A stretch of DNA of 64,000 nucleotides from an uncultured Methanoregulaceae archaeon (GTDB lineage: Archaea > Halobacteriota > Methanomicrobia > Methanomicrobiales > Methanospirillaceae), in NCBI GenBank assembly GCA_963841015.1, contig CAWJAX010000005.1:480001-544000 (forward strand), written 5' to 3'. Below, in pieces: positions 20,091 to 30,186 of this stretch. Each line of letters begins with the position of its first letter. Within the stretch, counting starts at the first letter, position 1. The notes beneath the pieces were generated by a model. The model was not told where the DNA came from, searched no databases, and saw only the letters and a list, made by a program, of their open reading frames with translations. Both the position numbers and the translations under genes were made by a program.

Positions 20091-20807
20091 ATGAGTGACG
20101 GAGTCCGTTTCTATTCGGCTGGCCCGCTTTCCGTGTTCGCGATTATCTTACTTATCGCTCTTGTAATCATACTCATCCCGTTGCTCATTCTGGGCATTAT
20201 CGGCGCGGCATTCACCAGGCTCGGATTTTCATGGATTTCCGCACTCGCGGTTGTGTTGCTGATGCTGTTTGGGAGTTTTGTTAATATCCCTTTGTATCGT
20301 ATCCGGCGCGATATGATCAGAGTTTCTCACGATGCAACCTCCGACTTTGATGTGTGTGTTCCCTGCAAAAACGGTCAGGTCTGGGACACAACAATATCCC
20401 TTAATTTTGGTGGTGCAGTTATTCCGGTGTGTGTATCCGTATACATGATGTACCAGGCGATAATGATCACGGGACCTTCACTGATTTTTACGGTATGTGT
20501 TGGCTTAACTGTGGTAGCAATCATTTCATTTTTTTCAACCCGTCCTGTGACATATGTGGGTATACAGGTACCTCTTCTCATTCCGGGGCTTACAGCACTC
20601 CTTGTCAGTTTGCTTCTTGCCGGGGGAACAGGTCTTACGGCATCGGTAACAGCATTTGTGAGCGGGGTGACCGGGGTTTTGCTGGGTGGCAACATCGCTC
20701 AATTGAACCGGATAAAAGATCTTGAAGTCCCGGAGGTTAGTGTTGGTGGCGCCGGCACATTCGGTTCTGTATTCCTCTGTTGCATTCTTCCAGCCCTGCT
20801 TGCATAG
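20091..20807 (+). CDS. DUF1614 family membrane protein
   Basis: GSFVNIPL, NFGGAVIP, SVGGAGTF. Confidence 0.8.
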   Translation: MSDGVRFYSAGPLSVFAIILLIALVIILIPLLILGIIGAAFTRLGFSWISALAVVLLMLFGSFVNIPLYRIRRDMIRVSHDATSDFDVCVPCKNGQVWDTTISLNFGGAVIPVCVSVYMMYQAIMITGPSLIFTVCVGLTVVAIISFFSTRPVTYVGIQVPLLIPGLTALLVSLLLAGGTGLTASVTAFVSGVTGVLLGGNIAQLNRIKDLEVPEVSVGGAGTFGSVFLCCILPALLA

Positions 20808-20866
20808 TTAAACTGGTAAAATAAATCGGCAGATACCCATAAGATAAAAAACACCTTGAAAAGAAG

Positions 20867-20939
20867 TAGCCCGGAGCAGATTCGAACTGCTGTCGGGGGA
20901 TCCAGAGTCCCCCATGATTGACCGCTACACTACCGGGCT
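20867..20939 (-). tRNA. tRNA-Gln(CTG)
   Basis: AGCCCGG acceptor stem, GGGGA-CT-CTG-GA-TCCCC anticodon arm. Confidence 0.95.
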
Positions 20940-20995
20940 TTGTGCCTCTTATTTTTTGCCGCTGTTGCTTAATTAAGGTGACGGACTGCCAGCAG

Positions 20996-21721
20996 TCACA
21001 CAGCCTTAGCCCGTCCGCACTTCTGGCAGGCATGACACACTTCCCTGACCGGTTGAATGACCTCCCCTTTTTTGCAGAATGGTTCGATATCATGGATATC
21101 ACGAATATAGTAAATGTGGGGGACGAGCGAAATGTGGGAATACGTACCGCAGGGGACTAAAAGCGCATCGGCTATTGATTTCTGGAGTTGAACGAGAGCA
21201 TACATATTTGCGCCGGCCGCAGTCAGCATGTCATTTGAACGGAAAATTACCCGCATGTCAAGTTTTCCCTCCCGCAGGACACACTGGACAAGCTGGAGGC
21301 AGGGGCAGTCATCGAGTTTCTCGTCAATTACCGGGTTCCAGGTAATAGCGATAGCCCGCCGTGTTGCAGGAGCAGATTTGAGTTTGTCAATGATATAGGC
21401 AATCTGGTCTATGTGCACCGGCTGCCCATCTGCAACAAGACGCTCCCCCCAGTCGAAAAGCCTGCCATGATAATCATACTCAAAAGAAGCATGCGATCCC
21501 TGTAACAGGTCCCTGGCGTACTGTTCGACAAATCTTTGCTGGAACCGGGAGTGAGGGCTTACTGCTGGTTCTGCGAGAGGGGTGTCAACCTGCAACGTAA
21601 TTTCCTCGAATTCGATGGTTGACTCACCATCTTCGGTGTGAAGCACCCAGCCCTTCTCCAGAATCAATTGAATGACCAGTTCATGTGCCCGACCGATGCT
21701 TGGTGCCCGGATAATTCTCAT
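20996..21721 (-). CDS. thyA: Thymidylate synthase (archaeal ThyA type)
   Basis: FEYDYHGRL, IDQI, RRAIAITW, PCLQ catalytic Cys, FRSND, HIY. Confidence 0.88.
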   Translation of the reverse strand: MRIIRAPSIGRAHELVIQLILEKGWVLHTEDGESTIEFEEITLQVDTPLAEPAVSPHSRFQQRFVEQYARDLLQGSHASFEYDYHGRLFDWGERLVADGQPVHIDQIAYIIDKLKSAPATRRAIAITWNPVIDEKLDDCPCLQLVQCVLREGKLDMRVIFRSNDMLTAAGANMYALVQLQKSIADALLVPCGTYSHISLVPHIYYIRDIHDIEPFCKKGEVIQPVREVCHACQKCGRAKAV

Positions 21722-22249
21722 AAAAAAAGGTGTGTCATGGTAGATTGTATATCTGTTGAAACATTATGGCGAACTGCGGAATTCTGCGCAAATTCAATAC
21801 ATTGAGGAGTATAACAGAATCATGATCTTGTTGAAGCACTTTCACCAACGTACATGATGTATTGTGTTTTCTGTAATTTGGTGAAGGGTGGATAGAAAAA
21901 ATTATTGTATATTACCATACATAAATGTACATAGTATAGTATAATATATGTAATATTTATGCGCGAAACGGTAAAATGTTTATGTAGTCAATTATTCTGG
22001 CATGAACAACTGTGGAAGATGAATGGATTGCACAAAACTCATTTTAATTGCTCTGATTAATAATCGGGCAGCATATTGCGTTCGGAATCCCCGAAAAAAC
22101 CGACCACAAAGGATATATTAGGTCTTTTACAAATACTCTTTCATATTCCGTCTAAACGGAGTATGGGGCTCGCAGAACTGATATTCGGCATTTGTCGAAA
22201 TCGTTCGCGGCTTGAAATGTATGATGTAAACTTTGGAGGAATTGAACAA

Positions 22250-24976
22250 ATGACTAAGCGATTAACTATTGCACTCGTTGCTCTTGCAATGTTCGTGCTT
22301 GTTGCAGTATTGCCGGTATCGGCACTCTCAACAAACGGCTACTATCTTGTAGCTCCGAACATTAACCAGGGCGCAACGGTGTTTATTGGAGAGCAGGGTC
22401 TTAACATACAGCCCGCTCTGGATTCAGCTAATGCAGCTGGAGGAGTAACAACTTATACCACTATTGGATGGTGGGCATCAGCTGCTGATATCAGCAACAC
22501 TGCACCAACCGTTTCCGTTGACACAACCGGACGGGCTGGCACCTTTACTGTAACCCAGTCAGAATTTGACGGTTATGAAGGCCAGTGGTATCTCGTTGAC
22601 CCAACCAACAACCAGGTTGCGAAAGCCGGCGCAGGAGCAGTCTTTAACGTAAAATCACCAAGACTCGATGTAACCATCAGAGATCCCAACCAGAATGATG
22701 GTGCAGATGTTTCCGGCAAGTCTGTTCCGACCAGCTCGAAACTCCAGTTCCAGGTAGGCACCAACATGTATACGGTTCTTGACCCCTTGTTAAGGGGCCC
22801 GGTATACGGCACTGCAGGAAGTGGTGCAAACACTGACGGTTACCTTGATATTGTGGTAAAAACCGATTCCGGTGCTATTCTCACGGCTCTGTATAACACC
22901 AGCGGCGCGAGCAATTCAATCAAAGCCCTGAACGTTTCCGTCCAGCCCTTTGTATGGGGCAGGAGCCTCAATGGGGCCGGGACCGGAGCAGGTTCGGTTC
23001 TCTACGTCTGGGACACCGGTGCGCTGACACCCGGTACGAATGAGGCAGCCTACCCCGCAGGTACTTATACTGTCAGTGTTGTATCCAAACTGAACAACAT
23101 GAACAGCAACTACCTGAGCGGTGCTGCAGCATATACCGGAAGAACGGTTTCCGAGACAAAAACAGTTACCCTTGTCTCTGACACGGTGAGTATCACTGCA
23201 AACAAGGACACTGTTGTCCGTACCAAGCCATTCTCAGTAACGGTCGTTGGCAAACCCAGTGAATTCTACAATGTCTGGGTCAAGAGCACCGTCAACATGA
23301 AGCTTGGCGAATATGACAATGCTCCCCCGATAGTTACTGCATTCCAGGATAATGTAGTCCCCGGCGACGCGATCACCGCTGCCTACATGTACCAGAATGG
23401 TGGTTACAGAACGGTTTCCCAGGATTCCTTCGGTGACGCTGTAAATGGCACCTATTCCTACGCTCGTGTCAAACTCAGCACTTCCGGTACCAGAACCATT
23501 GAGTTCACTACCACTTCAAACACCAAATCCCAAAAGTACACCGTCCGTGTTGAAAGAAACGCCTATGGCCTTGGCTTTGGTAACACTACGACTGATTACC
23601 TGAACGGCAAGTTTAAGGGAGACGAAGTCGATGTGAAGGTCGAGAAGGGTGCAGTCACTGTCGTGGCAGCCGGCGACCAGAGCTACTATCTCGGTGAGGA
23701 GATCAAATTATCCGGTACTAACACAGAGAGCACAAAGACCTACCTGTTCATTATCGGACCGAACCTGCCCGCCAATGGTGGCGTACTCACCATGCCGAAA
23801 ACAGCCATCACGCCAGAAGTCAACCTCCCGGCTGACCTCGGACGATGGAATTCCGTTATTGCGGATGTTCTGGCAGACAACACCTGGTCCTACAAGTGGG
23901 GAACCTCAAACGTTGACCTCGATGCAGGAACTTACACGATCTATGCCGTAAGCAAGCCTTACGACAAGACACCAGAACTCCTCTCCAAAGCAGCATACGG
24001 TACGGTTTCAATCATCATCAAGAAGCCCTTCGTCTCTGCAACGGCATCCCAGTCAACGGTAGCACAGGGTGACAAGATCTTCATCACCGGTACCGCAGAA
24101 GGCCAGCCAAGCTCGGTTGCAATCTGGATACTCGGTAAGAACTTTGCAGTCAAACAAACGGAAACTGTGAACACTGACGGTACCTTCAAGTATGAGGTTA
24201 AGCAGGATACAACCAAGTCCATGTACAGCGGTCAGTACTTCGTTGTCGTCCAGCACCCGATGATGAACGGCAAGTACGATATTGACTGGGCAGGTGCCCC
24301 GGCAGAGTACGTCTTTGACTACGGTCTTGGCGAATCCACCGGACAGGTACTCAGTCTCTTCAAGATCTACGGACCCGGCAGCCTGCAGGGATCCGATGCA
24401 GCTGAAGCACTTGTACAGGGTATCAACCAGCCGTACATTGACGACACCTACACCAAGCTCCAGTTCCTGATTGAGCAACCCGTCATTACCATCGTCCCGA
24501 TTGGCGACAAGCATGTTGGTGACAAGTTTACCATCACCGCAGCCACCAACCTCGCGGTAGATGACGAAATCCTCGTTCAGGTCTACTCATCATCATTCAA
24601 GCCGACTCAGAAGAGCCAGAGCGGCGAGTTCAGCGGCGCAACCGGTACGGTCAAAGTCCAGAAGGGCGAGACCGGCATGAACAAGATCACGTTCGATGTT
24701 GATTCATCAACATTCAAGCCGGACGAGTACATTGTTACTGAAGACGCAGTCATTCAGGAAGCAACAGGCACAGCACTGTTCAACGTCCTTGAAGGCGCTG
24801 CCCCAACCCCGGAACCGACCACGGTTGTTGTAGTTGTACAACCAACAGCGGCAACAACTGTTCCGACCCCGCCCCCGACCCCGGTCCCGACCCCAACCAA
24901 GTCGCCCGGATACGGTGCATTGATTGCATTGATCGGTCTCGGTGCAGTAGCATTCATCGTAGTGCGCAGGCACTGA
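22250..24976 (+). CDS. Major S-layer glycoprotein (Methanomicrobiales type) with PGF-CTERM-like sorting signal
   Basis: GGAGG SD, signal peptide MTKRLTIALV, GATVFIGEQGL, Thr/Pro linker, SPGYGALIALIGLGAVAFIVVRRH. Confidence 0.9.
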   Translation: MTKRLTIALVALAMFVLVAVLPVSALSTNGYYLVAPNINQGATVFIGEQGLNIQPALDSANAAGGVTTYTTIGWWASAADISNTAPTVSVDTTGRAGTFTVTQSEFDGYEGQWYLVDPTNNQVAKAGAGAVFNVKSPRLDVTIRDPNQNDGADVSGKSVPTSSKLQFQVGTNMYTVLDPLLRGPVYGTAGSGANTDGYLDIVVKTDSGAILTALYNTSGASNSIKALNVSVQPFVWGRSLNGAGTGAGSVLYVWDTGALTPGTNEAAYPAGTYTVSVVSKLNNMNSNYLSGAAAYTGRTVSETKTVTLVSDTVSITANKDTVVRTKPFSVTVVGKPSEFYNVWVKSTVNMKLGEYDNAPPIVTAFQDNVVPGDAITAAYMYQNGGYRTVSQDSFGDAVNGTYSYARVKLSTSGTRTIEFTTTSNTKSQKYTVRVERNAYGLGFGNTTTDYLNGKFKGDEVDVKVEKGAVTVVAAGDQSYYLGEEIKLSGTNTESTKTYLFIIGPNLPANGGVLTMPKTAITPEVNLPADLGRWNSVIADVLADNTWSYKWGTSNVDLDAGTYTIYAVSKPYDKTPELLSKAAYGTVSIIIKKPFVSATASQSTVAQGDKIFITGTAEGQPSSVAIWILGKNFAVKQTETVNTDGTFKYEVKQDTTKSMYSGQYFVVVQHPMMNGKYDIDWAGAPAEYVFDYGLGESTGQVLSLFKIYGPGSLQGSDAAEALVQGINQPYIDDTYTKLQFLIEQPVITIVPIGDKHVGDKFTITAATNLAVDDEILVQVYSSSFKPTQKSQSGEFSGATGTVKVQKGETGMNKITFDVDSSTFKPDEYIVTEDAVIQEATGTALFNVLEGAAPTPEPTTVVVVVQPTAATTVPTPPPTPVPTPTKSPGYGALIALIGLGAVAFIVVRRH

Positions 24977-24990
24977 ACTAACATCTAAAA

Positions 24991-25002
24991 CTCTTTTTTT
25001 TC
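24991..25002 (+). terminator. Oligo-T terminator after S-layer gene
   Basis: CTCTTTTTTTTC just after the stop codon. Confidence 0.5.
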
Positions 25003-25177
25003 GCACCCCTTTCGTAAAAAAATTGTAATTGTGCTCTTTTGCAGCAATTGCTTATTCTATTGGGACTTATCCGGTCTGACCTTGAAGAGTGGCACCCTTT
25101 TAATGTCCGAGCGGTCAACGTAGTTGTAAACAGATTCATATCCGGGGAAAGTCTCCCCACCTGCGGAGGGTCAAGAA

Positions 25178-26701
25178 GTGAAGTTAACGGTAAAAAATCT
25201 TGATATTGCATCACGGGGTGTACTGCTCAACCGGGCGGATGCCCGCAGCATAGGTGTTCTCGATGGCGATCGTGTCCAGGTAATTAATTCGAAAAACGGT
25301 GTATCAGTTGCAGCTTTTGTGGAGACCACGTCAACCATCACACCCCAGGGAACCATAGGTGTCTATCGTTTCACCAACGAACGTCTCCACCTCGCTGATG
25401 GTATTGAGATAGAAGTCAGGGAAGCAGCACGACCAGCTTCGCTTGACTACGTCAAAAAGAAAATGGATGGCGGTAAAATCTCCAAGGAGGAGATGCTGAC
25501 TATCATCAAAGATGTTGTGAGCGATGACCTGTCTTCAGCAGAACTCACGGCTTTTATCATTGCATCCTATATCAACCCGCTTGATATGGATGAGGTGGAG
25601 CATCTCACCCGTGCCATGGTTGAGACGGGTGAACACATCAAGTTTGCATCCAGACCAATTGTGGATAAGCATTCAATCGGTGGTGTTCCCGGCAACAAAA
25701 TTTCCCTGCTGGTTGTTCCTATTATTGCCGCAAGCGGACTGAAAATACCTAAAACGAGCTCGCGTGCAATTACCGGGGCAGGTGGCACTGCCGACCTCAT
25801 GGAAGTTCTGGCAAATGTCGAGTTCTCTGCAACTGAAGTGCAGAAAATGACTGAAAAGGTTGGGGGGGTCATAGTGTGGGGAGGTGCGACTAACATCGCT
25901 CCTGCAGATGACCGGATCATCATCCAGGAATATCCGTTTAAAATCGACGCCCGCGGCCAGATGCTTGCCAGTGTTATGGCAAAAAAATATGCAGTCGGGG
26001 CAAATATTGTTGTAATCGACATTCCTGTCGGGCAGCATACCAAGATTGCCAATATGCAGGAAGGAAGAAAACTGGCCCGGGAATTTATCGAACTTGGTGA
26101 ACGCCTTAAGATGAAAGTCGAGTGTGCCCTTACCTATGGGGACATTCCTGTTGGCCGAAGCATAGGTCCGAAACTCGAAGTGATAGAAGCACTCCGGGTG
26201 CTTGAGGGTGCAACTGAACCAAACTCCTTCATCCAGAAAAGTTTGTCTCTTGCCGGTATTGCCCTTGAGATGTCAGGGAAAGCTGCTCGAGGTACCGGTG
26301 CTGCCATGGCACAGGATATCCTCACAAAAGGGAAGGCTCTTGAAAAGTTTCGCCAGATCATTGAGATCCAGGGCGGTGATCCAAATGTCAAATCCGGTGA
26401 TATTATTCCGGGAGAACACCAGTTTGTGGTAAATGCTCCGTCATCCGGCTATGTCATCGAAATGAACAACCATGCTCTTGTCACTCTTGCCCGCATAGCG
26501 GGGGCTCCCCATGATGCCGGTGCCGGGATCCTCCTGCATGCGAAAAAAGGCAAGCTCATCAAGGCAGGTGAACCACTTTTTACCCTGTTTGCAGAAAGAA
26601 AGTGGCGGCTCCAGAATGCAATCGAGGAAGGCCGGCGGCTCATGCCAATTCTTGTAGAAGGCATGCTTTTAGACCGGGTGCCCTCCTCATCCGAAATATA
26701 G
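25178..26701 (+). CDS. deoA: AMP phosphorylase
   Basis: N-terminal double-psi barrel-like domain, [30 protein letters not shown]. Confidence 0.92.
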   Translation: MKLTVKNLDIASRGVLLNRADARSIGVLDGDRVQVINSKNGVSVAAFVETTSTITPQGTIGVYRFTNERLHLADGIEIEVREAARPASLDYVKKKMDGGKISKEEMLTIIKDVVSDDLSSAELTAFIIASYINPLDMDEVEHLTRAMVETGEHIKFASRPIVDKHSIGGVPGNKISLLVVPIIAASGLKIPKTSSRAITGAGGTADLMEVLANVEFSATEVQKMTEKVGGVIVWGGATNIAPADDRIIIQEYPFKIDARGQMLASVMAKKYAVGANIVVIDIPVGQHTKIANMQEGRKLAREFIELGERLKMKVECALTYGDIPVGRSIGPKLEVIEALRVLEGATEPNSFIQKSLSLAGIALEMSGKAARGTGAAMAQDILTKGKALEKFRQIIEIQGGDPNVKSGDIIPGEHQFVVNAPSSGYVIEMNNHALVTLARIAGAPHDAGAGILLHAKKGKLIKAGEPLFTLFAERKWRLQNAIEEGRRLMPILVEGMLLDRVPSSSEI

Positions 26702-26740
26702 ACCGATGTCCTCAAATATAAACAGAAGGCGATATTCTTT

Positions 26741-28135
26741 ATGTATCGCCAGAAAAATCGTTTCCTTTTTGCCCTGCTGTGCACCCTTATTCTCTGCAGC
26801 TCTGCACAGGCAACGATCCTGCAAATCTCCGTGCAGGATAGGTCAGATAATTCAACAATCCCTGACGCAACGGTATTTCTGAATGGAGATGAGTATGCCA
26901 AAACCAATAATACCGGACAGGTGTTTCTCAATCACTCCGGATTAAATGACCTTCTTATCCGTGTTTCCGTGACCGGGTATGAAGACTGGGAAAAGCTGGT
27001 GGCAAAAAATGAAACATCAGTTTTTGTTAACCTCAGCCGGACGAACCTTACCTTAAAAGTAAATCTTTATGACTCAGATTCCCTGGCAGCAGTGTCAGGT
27101 GCAAGAATAAACATTTCTGCAAAAAATAGTAACCAGACAAATCTGACAGATGGTGCCGGTTCAGTAACTTTTGGTGTAAATGCAACCACGTTGTATTCTC
27201 TGGATATTACCGCTCCTGGTTATTTGCCCCGGATTGAACTTATCGATACAGGTACAGAACATAAGGATGCTCAGTTCTGGATGCTTCCCGCGAACCGGTT
27301 CTCAATTATTGTAAAAGATAAAAATGGGATGTTGCCAGTGGCGGATGCAGAAGTGCGTATCGACAACGCACTTGCAGGAAAAACGGATAGCAGGGGAATT
27401 CTGACGATACCTGTTACTCGAGGCAAAGTAACAGGTATTGATATTAAAAAGGGTGGTTACCAGACATTTACTGAATCAAGAAGAATCAATGAAACCGATG
27501 CTCTCTATTCTGTTTTACTTTCAAAAGCAATTTTAGGAGCGGTTATTTCTGTTTCTGATGAAAATCGCGTTCCGGTTAGTGGTGCAGATGTATATATTAA
27601 CGGGACTCTTTCAGGAACCACCAACCCGTCTGGACGCATTAATTTTCCCGATCTTGTTTCCGGTTCCTATAATGTGGAAGTAAGGAAAACCGGATATCGT
27701 TCAATGAATCGTACGATTCTCATCATAAATAAGGGTGAAGACTTTACTTTCGAGATACCGGTTGAAAATGCAGACCTCACTATTTTTGTCCAGGAAAAAG
27801 ACCAGAAAATAGTGTCAAATGCTACAATTCTCATGAATGGAAACACAATGGGTGTTACTGATGAACATGGTTTGTTCAGGACCAGGGTCAGATTCAACAC
27901 GCTTTACAATATTACCGCTATAAAAGATACCTACCAGCCAGTTTCCGTCCAGAAACAGTTTGCTCAGGGAAATGCCACAACATCAGTAACTCTCGTCATG
28001 GAAAAGAATCTGGACTGGGGGATTATCACTATTATTGTTATTGGGGCACTTGGCATTCTTATAGCGTTTGGAATTATCAGAAAGTGGGGCGGTCGAAAGC
28101 CACAGCGCAGTATGAAAAAGAACAACGACTTATAA
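26741..28135 (+). CDS. Cell-surface protein with repeated carboxypeptidase-regulatory/PEGA-like domains
   Basis: Signal peptide, repeated A.V.IdG...G.T...G...v.K.GY units, C-terminal TM. Confidence 0.78.
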   Translation: MYRQKNRFLFALLCTLILCSSAQATILQISVQDRSDNSTIPDATVFLNGDEYAKTNNTGQVFLNHSGLNDLLIRVSVTGYEDWEKLVAKNETSVFVNLSRTNLTLKVNLYDSDSLAAVSGARINISAKNSNQTNLTDGAGSVTFGVNATTLYSLDITAPGYLPRIELIDTGTEHKDAQFWMLPANRFSIIVKDKNGMLPVADAEVRIDNALAGKTDSRGILTIPVTRGKVTGIDIKKGGYQTFTESRRINETDALYSVLLSKAILGAVISVSDENRVPVSGADVYINGTLSGTTNPSGRINFPDLVSGSYNVEVRKTGYRSMNRTILIINKGEDFTFEIPVENADLTIFVQEKDQKIVSNATILMNGNTMGVTDEHGLFRTRVRFNTLYNITAIKDTYQPVSVQKQFAQGNATTSVTLVMEKNLDWGIITIIVIGALGILIAFGIIRKWGGRKPQRSMKKNNDL

Positions 28136-28259
28136 TCTCTTTTTCCGGAATTGAAATTGAGTTACTTCTTTCAAATAAAGTTAAAATTTTTTAACGATGA
28201 AAATGGTTGAGATCTTAAAAAGAATCCCAGAGAAATCTTATCAAAGAAGAAAAAAGAAC

Positions 28260-28469
28260 GGCTCTGGAGAATTCCTTTTCCATTGATATGAAATTCAAGA
28301 TTCTGGTAAGAATGAAGGAGGGGACAGTGCCTGTCCCCCCATGCTGCCCCTGCGCTTAGCGATGATGAAGGTAGCACCAGTTCGGGAGTTATCGCATCGG
28401 GGGAGCCACAGCGGCGGGGGTGAAACCCCCTTGAGTGTTTAGCTTGTAATTGAGCATTTCTACAGAGTA
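28260..28469 (+). mobile_element. MITE-like element copy 1
   Basis: TIR GGCTCTGGAGAA / TTCTACAGAGTA, flanking duplication AAAGAAC, highly similar to the reverse complement of 32594-32802. Confidence 0.8.
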
Positions 28470-28667
28470 AAAGAACAACATATTTTTATAAACAGCAGAT
28501 GTTTTTTACGCTTTGACCGCAATGGCAGGATAATTTCCCAATCGCGAAAGTTTCGTATATCATATCTCTGACCAAATTTTCAGGACTTCATCAACTTGAA
28601 GATTCTGTCTCAAAAAAATTATTGCGGAACAGTGTTTTGGAGTATCAACTCTCCTTTATAAAAAAAA

Positions 28668-28739
28668 CGGACCCAGCGGGAATCGAACCCGCGTCCTTGG
28701 GTTCGAAGCCCAAGAGGATGTCCTCTACCCCATGGATCC
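28668..28739 (-). tRNA. tRNA-Arg(TCG)
   Basis: GGATCCA acceptor stem, TTGGG-CT-TCG-AA-CCCAA anticodon arm. Confidence 0.95.
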
Positions 28740-28795
28740 TTCTCATCTCTTATATATCAAAAGATATTAAGTATTTTCTACCGATAATCTAGTGA

Positions 28796-29233
28796 ATGAT
28801 TTTATCCGCACCAGAGATCATCCGCCGTCTCGACCAGAGTTGTGGACGGGGCAACCTCGTCATCACACCCTATAGCGGCGAGTGCCAGCAACCCGCATCC
28901 TACGATCTGCGTTCTGCCGGAGACAGTCTCCTTCCTAAAGGTACATGTACTCTTGTTCCTACGCTTGAATGGGTCGAACTTCCCATGGATCTTGCCGGAA
29001 CGCTCCGGTGCCGGTCCTCTTTCGGGAGACGGGGAGTTCTTCTTGGTGCAGGTTTTGTCGACCCGGGTTTTCGTGGACAATTGACACTCTGCCTGACAAA
29101 TCTGGGAAGCGATGATATTATCGTCAAGAAGAACGACCGCGTAGTGCAGATGATCCTTCACGAAGTGCGGGAAGGCAGCCAGAGTTATTCAGGTCGTTAT
29201 CAGGATAGCAGGGGAGCAGTGGAGGCAAAGTGA
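28796..29233 (+). CDS. dcd: dCTP deaminase / dUTPase family protein
   Basis: QPASYDLR, RSSFGRRG, GFVDPGFRGQLTL, YSGRYQ. Confidence 0.85.
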   Translation: MILSAPEIIRRLDQSCGRGNLVITPYSGECQQPASYDLRSAGDSLLPKGTCTLVPTLEWVELPMDLAGTLRCRSSFGRRGVLLGAGFVDPGFRGQLTLCLTNLGSDDIIVKKNDRVVQMILHEVREGSQSYSGRYQDSRGAVEAK

Positions 29234-30186
29234 CGATGATCCGTACTGAAAGAAAATATATCGAAATTCTTCGCATTCTCAAAGAACACCAGGATCCCAT
29301 TGGTGCAAAAAGGCTTTCAGAGCTTATGGCAGAACGGGGTTTTGTCCTCAGTGATCGGGCAGTTCAGTATTATCTCAGTTACCTTGATACAATGGGATTT
29401 ACTGAAAAAATCGGCAACCAGGGACGGATACTCACAAGGGCAGGACTGGATGAAACAGACAATGCTCTCGTAGATGACCGGATAGGTTTCGTCATTTCAA
29501 AACTTGAGCGATTGGCATACCGGAGTACCTTTGATCCTGCAACCAGTACCGGTGATGTTGCCTATAACCTCTCCATTGTTCCCGAGGAGTCACGGGAAAA
29601 AGTTACACTCGCATTTGATGAGGTTGTGAAAGCAGGATGCGGTTTTTTTAATTCATACCGGATTCTCGATAGTGATTCCCGTGTCCCATCCGGATCGGTG
29701 GGATTTATTACCATCTGCAGTATCTCCATGGATGGAGTTTTCCAAAGGAATGGCATCCCGGTAAGAATGGCTTATGGTGGCAGGCTTGAGATCGAACGCG
29801 GTACACCAACACAGTTCAGGGACCTGATAGGTTATCGGGGAACTACTATAGATCCACTCGAGCTTTTCATTTCATCAGGCCTCACCTCGATATCACAGTT
29901 TGCACGATCAAAATCCGGGATTGCACTGGCAAATGTCCGGGAAGTTCCCGGTTCCGCGAAAAAAAAGGTTGAAGAAACGATCCGTCTCATGAATACCTGC
30001 GGTTTTGTTTTTCCTGTTGCGATGGGTAATCAGGTCTTTAATCTGCCAAATAATCCTTTCCGCATATCGATTGTCGCTTTCAGTGGGCTGAATTATATTG
30101 GAAATACGGTGGAACACGGTATCGATATTACAACCGAAATAGGTGCCGGAAATATTCAGTTTTCAAAAGTTATGGAGATAAACTGA
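29230..30186 (+). CDS. NrpR-family (DUF128) transcriptional regulator
   Basis: IEILRIL...PIGAK...RAVQYYL wHTH, TICSISMDG, YRGTTIDPLELFI. Confidence 0.82.
   Translation: MTMIRTERKYIEILRILKEHQDPIGAKRLSELMAERGFVLSDRAVQYYLSYLDTMGFTEKIGNQGRILTRAGLDETDNALVDDRIGFVISKLERLAYRSTFDPATSTGDVAYNLSIVPEESREKVTLAFDEVVKAGCGFFNSYRILDSDSRVPSGSVGFITICSISMDGVFQRNGIPVRMAYGGRLEIERGTPTQFRDLIGYRGTTIDPLELFISSGLTSISQFARSKSGIALANVREVPGSAKKKVEETIRLMNTCGFVFPVAMGNQVFNLPNNPFRISIVAFSGLNYIGNTVEHGIDITTEIGAGNIQFSKVMEIN

Noticed and set aside
22076-22249. 58-aa N-terminal extension of the S-layer ORF
   Set aside because: Signal peptide and GGAGG SD place the start at 22250
28171-28377. Small similar ORFs (28171-28377, 32593-32877, 53722-54054, 53928-54227) suggesting a protein family
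   Set aside because: They are chance translations of the MITE-like repeat in differing frames and strands
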